A DNA stretch of 64,000 nucleotides from Paraspadella gotoi (GCA_051294375.1 CM119266.1:25778161-25842160); one strand, 5' to 3'; positions 1 to 14,556 are shown, counted from the first letter of the stretch. The notes: generated by a model not told the origin, from the letters alone. Numbers and translations are program-made.

Positions 1-719
1 TTCATTTTGCTTTTGAGTACTTTCAATTCTATTATGGTTTTAAATGTAGAATGCATATCTAATTAATATGTCATCTCTATAAACATGTAAGTTCCAAATT
101 TTTTTTTATTCTTCATTTCTTAAAAATATAATACTACAATATCAAATTATAGTTATAAATACTCAAAGGTTTTTAAATAATGCAAAATACATCAGAGAAA
201 ATTTTTTATTTACAAACGTTAAAAATTATTAAGAAAGGATAAATACTAAAAATTGTAAAAATTTCCAATTGTAACAATTGTAACATTTTTTTTCCTTTCT
301 TTTTTTCTTTAAATTATATATAAATTTTTCTTCTTATTTTTGTCAGTTTTGCTGCCTTTTCTAAACCCTTTTAAAACAGTTCAGGCTTCTGCAGTGACTG
401 TTTCAGCTGCCTTCCAGCGGCTGTCCAGCTATCTCTGTTTCTGCTGTCTTCTCTTTCTGTCTCTCTCTCTCTGTTACGATCTCTTGCGTGATCGTTTTTT
501 TTTAAAAAAATTGAATATTTTTTTCCTTTTAAAAACTTTTTATTTATCGCATTTATTTCGCGATTTTTTCTCAAGCAAAATCCAATTCACATCCGAGATT
601 TTCGTGGATTTATTCACTTTCTTTCTCTCTCTCTTTTCAATCTCTCTCTCTCTTTTCTCCTATCTTTCACTCAAACACCATTTGCTTGTTTTATTTAGAT
701 GATTTATTCATTGGAGTCA

Positions 720-955
720 ATGAATGACTATCATCGCACAAGAAGACTATCATCTTATCATGAATGATTATCTTCACATCAATGAATGACTATCATTGCA
801 TCAACTCATTTGGTTATTATCAATCAATCATTTGTAATCATAAAATCGATCATTTTTGGTTATTCATCGCATCAATTATTGGTTATCATCGATCAATATT
901 CGGTTATCCATGCATCAATCATTTGGTTATCATCGACCAATATTTGGTTATCATT
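720..955. repeat. Degenerate ~21-23 bp minisatellite (GGTTATCATCGATCAATCATTT-like)
   Basis: Repeated ggttat(t/c)catcg...caat(c/a)attt units visible directly. Confidence 0.75.
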
Positions 956-1084
956 GAAGGGAGGCTCGATCCTATTTCTTTTTAATATTTTTTTCTCTCT
1001 TTCTCTCTCCTCTCTCTCTTTTTCTCTCCTCTTTTCTCTCTTTCTTTCTTTATGATTATTCCAAAAGCAGAGGCTTAAGTTTCG

Positions 1085-1126
<42 letters not shown>

Positions 1127-1170
1127 TTTTTTTTTTTTTTTTTTTTTTCTCTCTCTCTCCTCTTTCTCTC

Positions 1171-1212
<42 letters not shown>

Positions 1213-2040
1213 CTTTCTTCTGATTATCAAAAACGAGCAGCGGCTGAATAGTTACGGGCATCTCTTAAAAATTTTCTCTCCTCTCTCTCTCTTCTCTCTT
1301 CCTCTATCTCTCTCTCTCTCTCTTTTTCTCTCCTTCTCTCTTTTTCTCCTCTCTCTCTCTTTCGTCGCCTTCTTTAGTTAATTTATATAGAAATAAAAAT
1401 TTCGGATTTACATAAACTAGTACCTTGCAAGTCAGATTTCTTTCTTAAAAACGAAAAAACCCGCAAAAAAAACCGCAACGGGGGTTTGTCTCAGACACAC
1501 CCCAGCCATTGATGCCTTTTGAAGTTAAATTTCGTGTCCCGAAATATCCCGACAACTTAAAGCTGAACTTAAAGGAATCCTGGGGCCTCATTTCATTCTA
1601 AATCACTTTGCCAACTTAATGCCACTGTATTGCAAACTTTCATTCTAAAATTAATAAAAATATTATGTCAAAAAGAAACCTTTAAGCGAAAGAGCTGTTG
1701 ATTGATATTAAAAATATTAGTTTTTTTTTAATAAAATTAGTTATTTTTTTTCTGACGTGATATAAGTGTTTGGTAACCAAACCAAGCAATCAAAAAATTC
1801 AATTTGCATCCGCAAAACCGCATGAAAATATAATTCACGTACTAAGACAAAAAAAAAACGAAATAACGTTTAATAGAATGGCAAAGGATTTAAAGACAAG
1901 ATATTTGTCAAAAATCAAATAGAATCGCTTAAAAGTGATGACATGACTTTTATCCACGGTGTGGATACACTGTGTCCCCCGGGAGTTTGGATGGCTAAGT
2001 TATTCATTCAAAGCCAGACCTCTCTCCTCACTGTCCTCTT

Positions 2041-2074
<34 letters not shown>

Positions 2075-3250
2075 TCTCTCTCTTCTCTTCATCTCTCTCT
2101 CTCTCTCTCTCTCTCTCTTCTTCTCTTCTACTCTCTCTCTCTTTCTTTCTCCCCTTCCCCCCCTCTCTTCCTATCCTGTCCCTTTCGCTCGTTGGCTCGC
2201 TAAAATAACTGGTTTTAAATATTTCGTTATATCGTTAAATGGAGATCGATGAGAAGAGGAGGAGGAGGAGTAGAGAAGAGGAGGAGGAGGGAAGATGAGG
2301 AAGAAGGACGACGGACGACGACGACGACGACACAAATTATCCTTAGCTTTCGCACCAAGATCGGTCAGTCGCTCGCGATTTGCCACCTCAAGATTTTCCG
2401 AATTTGGCTCATAGTCTTGACCCAATCATAATCAACAGTTTGACGGCCACGGAATAACCTTAAATGATGGATTCTGGACTGACCCAAACGCACGGTCGTG
2501 CTTTTGGTTGGGAACCTTTGCCTCTTTTACGCTGGACCAGATTTGTTCTTTAAAACTGTCTTGACTTAAGATTTGGATACAATTTTTAATCCTAAAGCTT
2601 GACTTAACGATAACTGTGATCAATTTTATTTATCTCTCCTTTCTCGTCTCTCTCCTCCTCTCTCCTCTCTCTCTCTCTCTCTCGTCTCTCTAATACTCAA
2701 TGATCATTAATATCTTTTAATGTTATGATGAGAACCCGCTTACTTAGAAATATGGTAGTATCTTGCTATCTTCCGATGTCCAGAAGTCCATTGGGGGAAA
2801 CTGGAAGGGAAGAATTTCCCCAAAAAAAAAAACCCAAGGGGGCAAAAAACTTTAAGGGGGGGGGGCTTGGCGCGCTCAAACCTTCCGAAATACATAATTC
2901 CAATAAGCTTTTACTGGACGCAAGTGGCAGCAAGACATCAAAAAGACATTTAAAAACAATTCAGCCCTTAAAAGACTAATATATGTACAGTAAGCGTCTT
3001 AACAATAGTTCGAGAGGCGATCAACAAGGTGGAGACAATGCCATAGCCTGGCAGAGATTACAAACTATCGCTCAGCGTCCTGTTCTTGGGTTTCCGATCG
3101 AGAGAAGAACTACGAACGAAATAACAAACAAAGATTACAGACAACTGACTGGAGACTTGACACACCTAAACTGCGAAAAGTCCTCTGCATCTGCCTTGTT
3201 TCGAAGGCCGATTGATCATTCTATCGACGTCGAGACGGATTCCGCTCAGA

Positions 3251-3468
3251 ATGACTACACCCCTTCGTCGAAGGGGGATTAGGGGAGCAGTGGGCCGGTC
3301 ATGTGCTATTTGTCTTCCGTAAGGAAGAGTGCTTCTGTTTTTGTAGATTTTTGTTTTCGTTTTCGTAAGTTTTTGTTTTCGTAAGATTTATACTGATAGC
3401 GAAACTTTTATCGTAGTATATTGGCGGACCACGGAAAATTATACACTAGAAGGGGTGTAGCCCTCGTT
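3251..3468 (+). mobile_element. Short Helentron/DINE-1-like (HINE) non-autonomous element
   Basis: Subterminal IR CTACACCCCTTC (3255-3266) / GAAGGGGTGTAG (3449-3460), 5' hairpin CCCCTTCgtcGAAGGGG, internal TTTCGTAAG repeats, ends CTCGTT like the other HINE-like copies in the window. Confidence 0.55.
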
Positions 3469-4005
3469 AATACGTCTGATAGTTATTTCCGTAAAATTAC
3501 CCCCTCTATGTATAATTACATAACCGTAAATGAACTCTTATCGCTAGTTACTGTACCATTGTTTACTGCAACTACTTGTTAAAATACTTTTTAGCAAAAC
3601 GACAGTGCTACTAATAGCACGATCTATGGTTATTAAATCTGGTCTTTATTTTTGATAGAGTGAAGAAAGTGGGAATAGGATTCGAGTCCAAAACTTAGGT
3701 ATCGATTATGTCAAACTAGGATATTGAACATGTTACAGGTCTGTTCAGTAGAAGCTTTTATTCACGGTCATATAATTTAGTAGACATAAAAATTTTAACT
3801 GTAAACACACTGTTGAACTAATGTCGCCTTAAGGAATGATAAAACTTCCAGGGTGCAATAGAAATCTATACAAATTCAAATCAAAATCTTGCTCTCTCTC
3901 TATTTTGTCAGACAATTGATTGATAGTTTTGCATCTTAGTAAGTTCATTGCGAAGAGGGAATCCTTTGAGTGTCAGAGAAAGGGGAATGGCGAAGGAGAG
4001 AGAGA

Positions 4006-4051
<46 letters not shown>

Positions 4052-5760
4052 GGAAAAAGGTACGAGTTGCTACCAAGTTAATTGGACAGCGGATTGTATC
4101 TAACAAAGGAGAAATGTCGCGGCCAAACTCCCCGCGGCCAACTCGGTTAAGGGGTATCGATTTCGAAAACAGACGATCGATAAACATATTAACTTCTTTT
4201 GAAATTATTTTCCAATTTTTCGGAAGACATCAGAATTATTTAACCAATTTATGCGTTCTATTTATCTTTAGTTTATATTTTTTTTTACGTGGATAGAAAA
4301 AAAAAGCATTCATGGGAAATCAAAGCAAAACTTTTTTTGCCAGTTTTCATAATTTATTGAATTATGATTTGTGAAAAAAAGTATGGTTGGTTATTGTTCA
4401 GGATTTATAAAAAAAAAAATTGGTCCTTTCGAATAAATTTTCATACTTTTTTCTACTACAATTATCATTGATTTAAAGGCGATGGTTTTCGCTGTAAGGG
4501 TAAGTCGAGCTGAGTTATTCCTAATGGATGAAACCGAGATGGCGGAAGGATTAAGAAAATAAAAAGATCAAGAAAGTAGGATCTTGTTTGAGCGAAGGAT
4601 AAAAAAAAGAAAAACAAGAAATGGAAGATATAAGGAAAAATCNNNNNNNNNNNNNNNNNNNNNNNNNAATCCAAGAAGGAAAAGAAACGTCAGAAAGGAA
4701 AAAAAAATAGAAAAAAAAATGGCCAAGAAAATCAATTTTCAGTGGTTCATACCGAGCGCCGATAGCGTCGAAGAAAAAGACATCAAAGAAAAGGTAAATT
4801 GGATTAACTTCAAAAACCAAACAAAAAAAAAGTGAGGAGAAATGAAAATTTTATCGAAAAAAAAACTGTAAAAAAAAAGAGAAAAAAAAAGGAAAGTGGG
4901 TGAAATATTAAATTTATAAACAGAAATTGTAGAGAGGGATTTTATCCGCCGTATAATTGGCTCTCTCGTTTCCATTCTCTTTTCGCCCATACTCTAATCT
5001 AGTTAACGAAAGGCGGAAATTATTTTGAATACATTATCATCGTCAAATTCAAATGAATCGAATCTGAATTAATTTACTTATTTTCTCTTTTTCCCTCGGC
5101 GGCGGCGGCGGCAGCGGAGGCGATGGCGTCCGTAGTATCAAACGTGGATGGAATTTCCNNNNNNNNNNNNNNNNNNNNNNNNNNNNNNNNNNNNNNNNNN
5201 NNNNNNNNNNNNNNNNNNNNNNNNNNNNNNNNNNNNNNNNNNNNNNNNNNNNNNNNNNNNNNNNNNNNNNNNNNNNNNNNNNNNNNNNNNNNNNNNNNNN
5301 NNNNNNNNNNNNNNNNNNNNNNNCATCGCACCCAAAAGCCCCCCCTCCCAGCTCTCGTGTCCCCACCGCTGCCTCGCGCCCGGATGTCATTTTGTATGGA
5401 TGAAAGGGAATGGCGGGAAATTTAAAAAGTGATTATGAGAGCGATGGTTTTAATGAAAAATGCATCAGAACGGCGCGTAGGGAGAGAAAAGGGAGATGGA
5501 GAAATTTGGAATTGAGGAAAGAGCAGGTGATTAGAGGGGAGTGGTGAAAGAACTGGGTGAACGGGACGATGTGAGTGGCTATCGGTGAGTTATGGTGTGA
5601 TGAGCTTTGTGAAAAAGGATGATGGACCGACGGTGAAGCAAATGACCAAGTTTAAAAAAGAGGAAGAATGTGTTTCGGATCGTGATGAGAGAAATTTGTT
5701 GGAGTAATGAAAGCGCTTATGGAATCGGTCGATTCCAAAGAGGCAAGAGGAATGAATATG

Positions 5761-5880
5761 AACAAGTTTGAGAAAACAATGCCGGATCTGCCCACGATAA
5801 TTAGCAGCTGATCAGATAATAATTAATAATAATAAATGATTATCAATTAATGAATTAATGAATTAATATAATTTTGTAAC
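5761..5880 (-). mobile_element. Truncated end of the HINE-like family also seen at 57102-57623 and 59977-60847
   Basis: AACAAGTTTGAGAAAACAATGCCGGATCTGCCCACGATAATTAGCAGCTGATCAGAT matches 59977-60042 directly and ~57555-57623 in reverse complement. Confidence 0.7.
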
Positions 5881-6980
5881 CAAATTTATTTTTAGAGATG
5901 GCGCTTCATACGTGATATAATTTAATAATGTGTGATGCTATTGAAATTTAATTCATGACTCGTAAATAGCGAATCGGCTCGTTTATTGCGAGATAAAAAC
6001 TCGAATTCGCTCGTAAACGATTTTCATCGTTTTAAATCGGATTAAAACATTCGATTGCCACCGAAATAATTACGATCATTTGAAGCAACGAAGGAATGAA
6101 AAATTAATTGCATAAAATGGGCACCGGAGAGAGAAAATTACTCAAAATGAAAAGGATAATATATATTGATATAGTTATAATAAATTATTAATCTTAGCTG
6201 AGAATTTGAGAGCATAGTTAGTTAGCACTATTCAGTGGCGTGACTATTTGCCGACATGAAGCACCAATATTTTGTTAAAACAAAAGCACATTTCTTCTAA
6301 CTTCTTAATTTGACGTGAAAGGGGCTTTTAACATCCGGGGGCTTTTAGTGCGTTGACATTTTATCGGCATTCTCATCGCTTATGCCGGTGTTCACTAATC
6401 GGCATTCAATGAGGGTTAGACGGCATTCTCTACAGACATGGCGGCATTTGAGATCCCCGACGTCGCCGCCATTTAGCGCGCGGTCAGTGTTGACATTTCC
6501 CGGCGTCTCTCTTTCCGTAAAAAAGAGAAGAGGAAAACGATTTCCCGTTCCTCCTACCTTCCTCGTTGCAAACTCCTTCCTACCCTCCTCTCATTCCTAC
6601 CTCTCTCCTCTGTCTCTCTATGCCATTCGTATTCAAGTCCCCGCGCGGTTCCGAGACTGACCTCGCTCCTCCTCCTCATCTTCTTACTCCTCCTCCTCCT
6701 CTTCCTCATTTCGATCTCGGCCTCTCGCCGTCCAGTGTTTAAACAAAAGACAAGGAGGCGGCGCCAAAGTCGGTTTCGGCGGGAAAAACTGACCTTCACG
6801 GAAAATTGACATTAACTGACATTAACTAACATTAACTGCTAATGGCATTTAAACTCTAAAAAAATTACCAGACAAAGATAAGGTTGAAAATTAATTTAAT
6901 GGCGATTGTCACGAAAACAAAAAAGAAAACAAAAGAAACAACCGGATTACGGTGGACTAAAATCCACCAACCGTTTATCA

Positions 6981-7130
6981 GCGGCCATTGGTGCAGGAAG
7001 CAAGTAAGTCGCCTCCCAACCCAAAGGTTCATAGTTCTAACCCGGTGCACGCCGAGCAGTTAAGATGGACGGGGCGCATAACCCGCCCGTAACACGGTGT
7101 TTCAGCCTCATCCGAAGCTCAGGGACTGCT
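6981..7130 (+). mobile_element. tRNA-derived SINE head (degenerate)
   Basis: A-box-like TGGTGCAGG, anticodon-arm-like GTCGCCTCCCAACCC, B-box-like GTTCTAACCC, followed by a non-tRNA body; does not fold as an intact tRNA. Confidence 0.45.
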
Positions 7131-8014
7131 TATATTGAACGGTTCTGTCACTAACTCATAACAATTATTACTGTCTCTTCAGGATTAAACATCAGCTGAG
7201 CTCAGCAAAGTTTCGCATTAAGTAAAACTCGTTGACGGAGTGCATTGTGATGGAAAAAAAAAGGAAAGGAAGAAACATCAAAGGAAAAAAAAGATGATAA
7301 ACTGTAGAAAGTAAATAGCGACCATGGGAGGAGAAGCTGAAAATTGAGTCGATTACAATTTATAATTACAATTTATAATTTATTTACAATTTACAATTTA
7401 TCATTAGTTAAGTCTTGAAAAAATTTTTAAAAACAATAATGGACGCTTGCACATCGGTTGTTTCTAAACAACTTGGTGAGAAGATAAAATCATAAATGAA
7501 AACAACAAGGACGAATGCAACGGCAAACGGCAAACAACCAACTGCAACGACTGGTTTTAGAAACGCGTGACAGAAGAGGCGATTCTTATCTAAAAGACCA
7601 GATGTTACGACTCCGACTAAGTCCGTCACTCTTATCACTGCGCTCTTTGGTTCACTCTTCTTTCCTCTTCCTTTAATGTTTTCACTCGATCTTCACTCCT
7701 CAGTCTGGACCATTCTCCTTTCCCCCCCGCCCGCGTGCGCGCCCTGAAATCGGCTAATTCGCTAAAGTGGCCTCACATTCACATCGCGCAAAGCTACTTT
7801 CTTTTCCCACTTTCGCCGCCAATAAATTGCCCCCATACGATATTAATGGCGTATCGACGCGACGCGAAAGCTTAAAGCTTGTTTTTCGCGCCTTTTTTTA
7901 TATTTTATTCAGGGTAATGGAGACGAATAGCCGAAGTCTGTCCGTTCGTCCGTTCGTCCATTCCTCCGTCCGTCCGCATGTCAGTCCGGAGAAAACGAGA
8001 CTTTAGGCATATAT

Positions 8015-8045
<31 letters not shown>

Positions 8046-8350
8046 ANNNNNNNNNNNNNNNNNNNNNNNNNAGAGAGAGATAATATTAAAATAAAATAAA
8101 TGAAATAGTGAAACAAGTAATTGGCAAATTTTCAATAAATCTGGCGAATTGTCCATCGCGACAAAATATGAAAAAAACCGAATGTCATTCCGTGAATTTG
8201 GATTTCAAAACTGCCGACGGTATCCTACACATTGACAGCGCTATTTTACTATGGCACGCCCGATTTCGTCACTCGACGAATGCAGATTCACTTTTCTACG
8301 TCTCGCTGAATATCTAGACTAAAAGTCGCCACCGATACTCTCTCCTGCAG

Positions 8351-8502
8351 GCACCGCAATCATCGCTTCCGCGCTGCTCTGTGGCACACTCGACGCCTCA
8401 TCGTTGACGACGCTTCTTGCACGCGGACGAACCGGCCGGCAGACCGTGTGCAACACGGAGGCCTGTGCCGGGGAGCTGGCGGTGGCGAGTGGGCCCTTGC
8501 AG
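8351..8502 (+). pseudogene. Frameshifted exon candidate encoding an ADAMTS/papilin-type thrombospondin type-1 repeat fragment
   Basis: Flanked by TCTCCTGCAG| and |GTGGCG. Overlapping frames give LC..TRRLIVDDASC..RP..QTVCNTEACAGE.W..GEW.PC, the TSP1 spacing. It needs several 1-bp indel corrections and lies in noisy sequence just after a 25-N gap, so it may be an intact exon with read errors. Confidence 0.4.
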
Positions 8503-8711
8503 GTGGCGAGATTGCAGCATCATTGAGTATGGATTGAATTATTATTTTGGTTTTTAGACATCGGTATAGATACGGTAGAATTTACCTTTTTCATCAAAGA
8601 GAAATAATGACGCAGCAGAGCATAGTGCTCGTTGATTGCGGGACGATTTTTGGATTATTAATCTAGTCGATTCTCTGTTATCGGAGAGAGAGAGAGAGAG
8701 AGAGAGAAGAG

Positions 8712-8743
<32 letters not shown>

Positions 8744-10270
8744 GAAACGGAACAGGTCGAGACGAGAGAGTAGAGAGAAGTAGATCGGAGAGAGAGAGAG
8801 AGACGAGAGGACGACGGAGAGAGACGAGGACGAGAGAGAGACGAGAGCAGAAATTAGGAGGCATACAAATGGAAGACAGAGAATAAGAGAAGAGTTCCGT
8901 TTGTGACTAATACAACTTATTCTTTCTGCAAATTTAAGATATTAACCTTATTTGACGAAGAGTCAAACTGTTCACTTTGTTTTACTTAACAAGTAACAAA
9001 TCTAAGCCTTAAATAACGATAATTTTTCCGAAGGCGAGAAATTCTAGAATAGTTTTACGAAACAAACGTATGATCGTATATATTGTGTTACTACAAAAAC
9101 GGAAAAGTTAACATCAGGAAAATATGTAACGCAGACTGATCTCGGATCATAACTTGCTGATTGAGTTTCGCCGGCACGACTTGTAAGATAACTTTTCCAT
9201 TCAACAGAGGAATCGATCTTGATGTAATCGATCTCAAGACACCGATCAAAGCCACGGCGTCTGCTCGTTAACAGCGCCGCGCCGCGCGCAAATTCTTCCA
9301 CTGCGGCGTTAAGTCGACAGCGTCGGGTTGCCGGCGCCGATTTTACATTAATTCCTTTCTAATTTATTGGGGGCGGCCAGTGAGTTTCCCTTTTGTTTGT
9401 TCAGTCTCGTTCTGTCTCTCATGGGATATAATAGTGTTCATTCGCGTGTTTTAGGCCGGGGAAGTCCTCATAGGAAACATTATTCCTCATTAAATGGCAA
9501 TAAAAAAATTGTAAAGAACCACCGCTATAGCTGTGTATACTCGAGCTTAGGATTTAGTGCTACTAAGGCGTAGTGACAGTACCAATTGCATATGAAATTC
9601 TAAAACGTCAATTAATGAACAACATACATGAGTCGAACAATTAATTGTAAAAATTCATTTTACTGTTTTTTAATTTTCGCAGCTAAGGCTAATATTATAG
9701 TATTAGTACTATGCCTTATAAATCGAAAATTCTTCAAAATCAGGCTTTTCATTAATTTTGAATTGCAGATTTCGAATATCCTGCGTACACAAGTTGATAA
9801 AAGAAATATAATCATTTTTAAAAATTCTTTCATTTAAGTGGGTTAAAAATAATTAAAAAACTATATCTTATATATAAAAAGGTTAATTTTTCAGCTTAAA
9901 ATATACGCTTTTTCTAATTTTTGACCCACTCTCAATCGAAAGGACATCTTTTCAAAAAACGTTATATTTCTTTTTATCAAACTTTTTATGACCGAATCAA
10001 ATCTGCAAAAAAAATCTTTGAAAAAACTCACTTTGAGAATTTTAAACATTTATTGGTTTAGCTACTAGTATAAAATATGGTCCTACTGCGAAAATTTAAA
10101 ATTTATTTCTAAATTTTTATTATTACATAAATGTTCATTAGTATATCGTTGTTCGTGTCCTCACTTTATCAGAATTTTAATTAAAGTAAATTTAGAAATG
10201 TTTACTACGCCTTTATTATGCTACTGTAAATATTGTTAACTCTATGTTTATTCTTTGACCCAATACTATA

Positions 10271-10617
10271 GGGGAAGTGTATAACTATTGAAAATTTTTG
10301 AATATGTACGTATGTAAGTAAACAAAGAACAATTCTCGCTTTTTAAAAGATCACACTTTCCTTTCCGCGACATAAAACGATCCCTACCGTCTCTCCTTCT
10401 CGTTCCACGCTGACTTTCACTAGCCTCAAAATTTAACAAATAGTTGTTAATCAATTATTTTATAAATACTTTTAATTTTTATATATACCTAATTGCGAAT
10501 TACAGAATGTACTTAAGTTTTGCTTAATAGACAATAGTATATCATCTCACCTCATCCCCCTGTTCTCAAAAGCAGGTTTGGACCCTGAGGTCTCTAAAAC
10601 TATAACACTTCTTCCCC
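10271..10617. mobile_element. Degenerate MITE with GGGGAAG...CTTCCCC termini
   Basis: Left TA|GGGGAAGTGTATAACT versus right AACTATAACACTTCTTCCCC (imperfect IR); right TSD not preserved. Confidence 0.35.
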
Positions 10618-12397
10618 TCGTCACATGCAGACCCGCTTCCCCTTCGGCCCTCGCTGCGTGCGACTCGCGCCTCCATGAAAATGGCCTCAATCAAATTTGG
10701 CCTTAATCTCGTCGAGAGGCCAATGAGTCGGAAACCGGAATTCACCTTGGAAGAAAGAAGTCTCGCGGATTTGGTGGGAATTCCCGAGAATTTATGGGAA
10801 ATGATGGGAATTTAGAGAAATCGAGGGGAAAGGGATGGGAATGTATGCTCGAACTGCACTAGATCAGATTCGTTCTTATTAAGTATGAAACTATTTATAT
10901 CGTTGTGAATGAATATATATATATATATATATTTCTCTCTCTCTTTCTTTCTCGATCTCTCTCTCCTATACCATTGACCCTTTGCCCATCTCTGACTTCC
11001 ATGCCCTTATGTTTCTCCTTTATCCCCAACCCGCCATCCCTATCAACTTATCCCCCTCTATATAATCCTTTAATTCTCCCTAATCTCGTTTTTTAACCAT
11101 TTTTCAATCGGCGGGTTTTTTTTTCGGGTCAGATTACCTTGACTCAAAAAACGAAAAAAAAAGGGAAAAAAAAATCATCCGCGGGCATCGAGTTCTTTTC
11201 AATTTTTTTCTCGGAGAGACGAAAATCCATTTCGTCGTCATCAATTATTTCTGACGCCACTTGCAATTTCCATCCTTGGGCGACCAACAATGGGCTACTT
11301 TTTTATTTACAAGTCAATTATTTTTTAGGTGGCTGGCTGGCGGGGGGGGGGGGCGATAGTGGCAATTTATTTCCTCCAAACGGTTTTGCTGTTTTTTGAT
11401 ATTTTTCTAGCTAAGAACCGACCATTTATCTATTGTAGGTTTTTTTAGGTTTTTTAAAAAAGTATATTGCTCGATATGTCTTTTTCTCGCTTATCTCTCT
11501 TCTCTTTTTCCGCTGGCAGCTCTCAGGGCTGGTTGCGGAGTTCCTTGTCGTGCGGTGCGTCCTCCCCTGCCTCGTCTCGGTCTACTGTATCAGATCCATC
11601 TGCTGGGTCCCTGATCGTCTTCTTCTCTCATCCTCTCTCACTCTCTTAGCTCTCTCTCTCTAGCTGCACTGGCTTAGCTGAGTCCTGAATCGTTCCCCCC
11701 CGGTCCTCGGGCCCCCCTTCTTAACTCCACTCTCTCGATCGCCATCCATACATCAACCAGTTATCGTCGTCCATTGGCGTCTTTTACGAGTTTGAATTAA
11801 TCACCGCGCTCGATCTCGTAAACAACTGCACACGGCGAGATCGGGATTCATAGTTGAACTGGGGGCGATAGACTATCGAACGCGATACTGCCTGTGTCAG
11901 TTTCTCTCATGGCGGTTTCTTTCTCTTATAGAGTCTCTCTCTCCCCGTCTCTCTGCAATCTGCGTGCTACTCTATCGATTTGGATCTCTCTCATCCCTTT
12001 TATCTGATCTCTCTCTATCTCTCTCCTCCTCTCCCTCCTCGTAGCTCTCTCTCTAGCAATAGGCATCATCGCCTTTTTTTTCGGTTGCCCTTTTGTCTTG
12101 AAAATTTGTCATCATTTCAGATTGCTCTATCCTTTCTTTCGTCGTTTTCTTGGGCTTCATTCTATTATTACTATGTACTGTCTGTCTGTCTCTGTCATTC
12201 TTTGTCTCGTTCCGTTTTTTCCGTCTTTGTTTCGTTGTCATTCCACTTGACGACACTAGAGGCGCCGTTGACATCAAAAGAGTCGGCGAATCAAAAACTC
12301 ATAAAAGTCATAAATCAACTGAAAACAACGCGCGGGGGCCAAAGGCGGCGCCGCGCTGCGGAGCTGTGGCACCGCCTTTGCTGATATACCGATTCAA

Positions 12398-12745
12398 GAA
12401 TATTCGGCAATATTTTCCGACAATGCAAGTTTTCTGTTCCATATCACGTGATCACCGGAAAAATTATATGAAAGAAAGTTATTATTGCGCAACACATTCG
12501 CATTGCCTTTCTTGTTATTCAATCATTAACATAAAAACCTAATTGATAACCTAATCCATATTTATATCCCTTAATTCCTAACCCTAATCCATAATATTAT
12601 ATCTTTACCCTAAACACTTATCCCTTACGTAATACCTAACATTAATCTCTAACCTAATCCTTAGCTTAATACTTAATCCTTATCACTAAAATTCTGAATT
12701 TAAGCTAAAATGGAGCGATTTTGAAAAAAATATGGCCGAATATTC
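12398..12745. mobile_element. MITE-like element with 19-bp IR and internal degenerate (CCCTAA)n telomere-like tract
   Basis: GAATATTCGGCAATATTTT (12398-12416) versus AAAATATGGCCGAATATTC (12727-12745), 18/19 match; decayed TAACCC/CCTAAT hexamers at ~12535-12690. Confidence 0.6.
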
Positions 12746-13202
12746 AATGGCCTTACCTGTCTATCGTTGAGTCATTAAATACACTGTTTGTTTCTCGAGA
12801 CGTCGTTAAAAAGTCGGAGCGAATACATTTTTACATCGAAAAAAAGTTATCAACTTACATAAAAACAAATATTATTTAACAATTAACGAAAATAATGGGT
12901 CTCTTCCCTGTTCGCGATGTTCACTTGTCAGATTTTTGGATTCGATGAGTCCTTCGGTCCAAAACGTGTAGAAGACGCTGTTAATTTCCGACCCAAACGA
13001 TCGTAAATTATACAATCTTTCTGCAACATCTAACAGAGCTCCCCAGTGCCTAGAGCCACGCCCGCGCCACTCAGGCAATTTGCCTTTTGCCTGTGCCACA
13101 TGCCAGTCTCCCTAGACGCCACATGCCATATGTCAGCCTCTCATCCAGTTCTGCCTTCGTTTCTATAGCTTTGCCTCCATATCCATATTCTTTGGGGTTT
13201 TC

Positions 13203-13290
<88 letters not shown>

Positions 13291-14166
13291 CCCCTATTTT
13301 TCGGAGGTTTCCACGATTTTCATTTTCTTTTTTTTTCTTTTCTTTTCCCCCATTTTCTTGTTTCGCGTCCGATTTACTCCTTCGCTTTTTTTTTTTTCTT
13401 TTTTTTTTTTCTTTTTTCTCCCCTCTCGTCCTTCTTTTCTTTGTTGCATCTCATTTCCTTATTTCCTTGCCTTCTGTGCCCAGTAGCCTTGTTCGACGGC
13501 CCGGCCCGGCCCCACATCGCCTTCCCTTGCCATGCCATGCCATGTTAGACGTTGCTTTGAATTTGCGACGCATTCTTTTCTCCACCGTTTCTCTCATTCC
13601 TTTGATGCGTCTCACTTTTTTATGCATTTTTTTTCGAACGCTTTGTCTCCCATCTTCCGTTTTCATAATCAAGTTACGCGATTCAAAGTCTTGATCGCCT
13701 TTCCTTCCTACCTTCCATGAGTCTTTCAGCGTTCTTGTTTTTTTTGCACTCACTTAACCTATTATTCTAGAACGCGCATTCGACCGATCTCACTCTCACA
13801 TTACCTCACTCACACTCATCTCCCATCCTAGCGTTCACACTCTTCCAGATTCTAAAATGAAAAATGAATGAAGAAAAAAAAAATTAAAAAAAGAAAAGAA
13901 AAAAGATCCCTGCGCGAGGACCAATGTACATACTTCAAGGTCTCACATATAAGCGATTATTTCGAACCCAAATATTCTTTTTCGTAGACGGCTCACGAAT
14001 TTCATATAATAAATCGTTTCTTAAAATTCTATATAATAATGATAATATTATTATTAGAACAAAGCCTAAAAGGTAGTCGTTCACATTCTTCTGTCTTCGC
14101 TCTTCAATTGAAAGTTTCAATCTCCTGTGAGCGAAACCAAACATGTGCTTCTTCTCTTCCTCCCTG

Positions 14167-14251
<85 letters not shown>

Positions 14252-14506
14252 CTCTCTACTCTCTCTCCTCCTCTCTCTCTCTCTCTCTCTCTCTCTTTTC
14301 TTCTTTCTCTCTGCCTCCCTCCCTTCCTCCCTACCTCGACCCCTCCCTCCCTCTGTACTCCTCCTCCTCTTCTCCTTTTATCTCATCACATTTCTTGGTT
14401 CTCTTCTCTCTCCTCTCTATTTTTCCCTTCACGGCTGAAAGATCGCCGCGCCTGTTTAATCTTCTTTCAGGTAGACACAGAGAGATAGAGAGAGAGAGAA
14501 TGAGAC

Positions 14507-14556
<50 letters not shown>

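Noticed and set aside
5500-5760. Possible decayed LINE ORF2 3' fragment on the minus strand
   Set aside because: Only compositional resemblance; no RT motif could be read.
6981-7054. Functional tRNA gene
   Set aside because: Acceptor/D/T stems do not pair properly and the B box is mutated; better explained as a SINE head.
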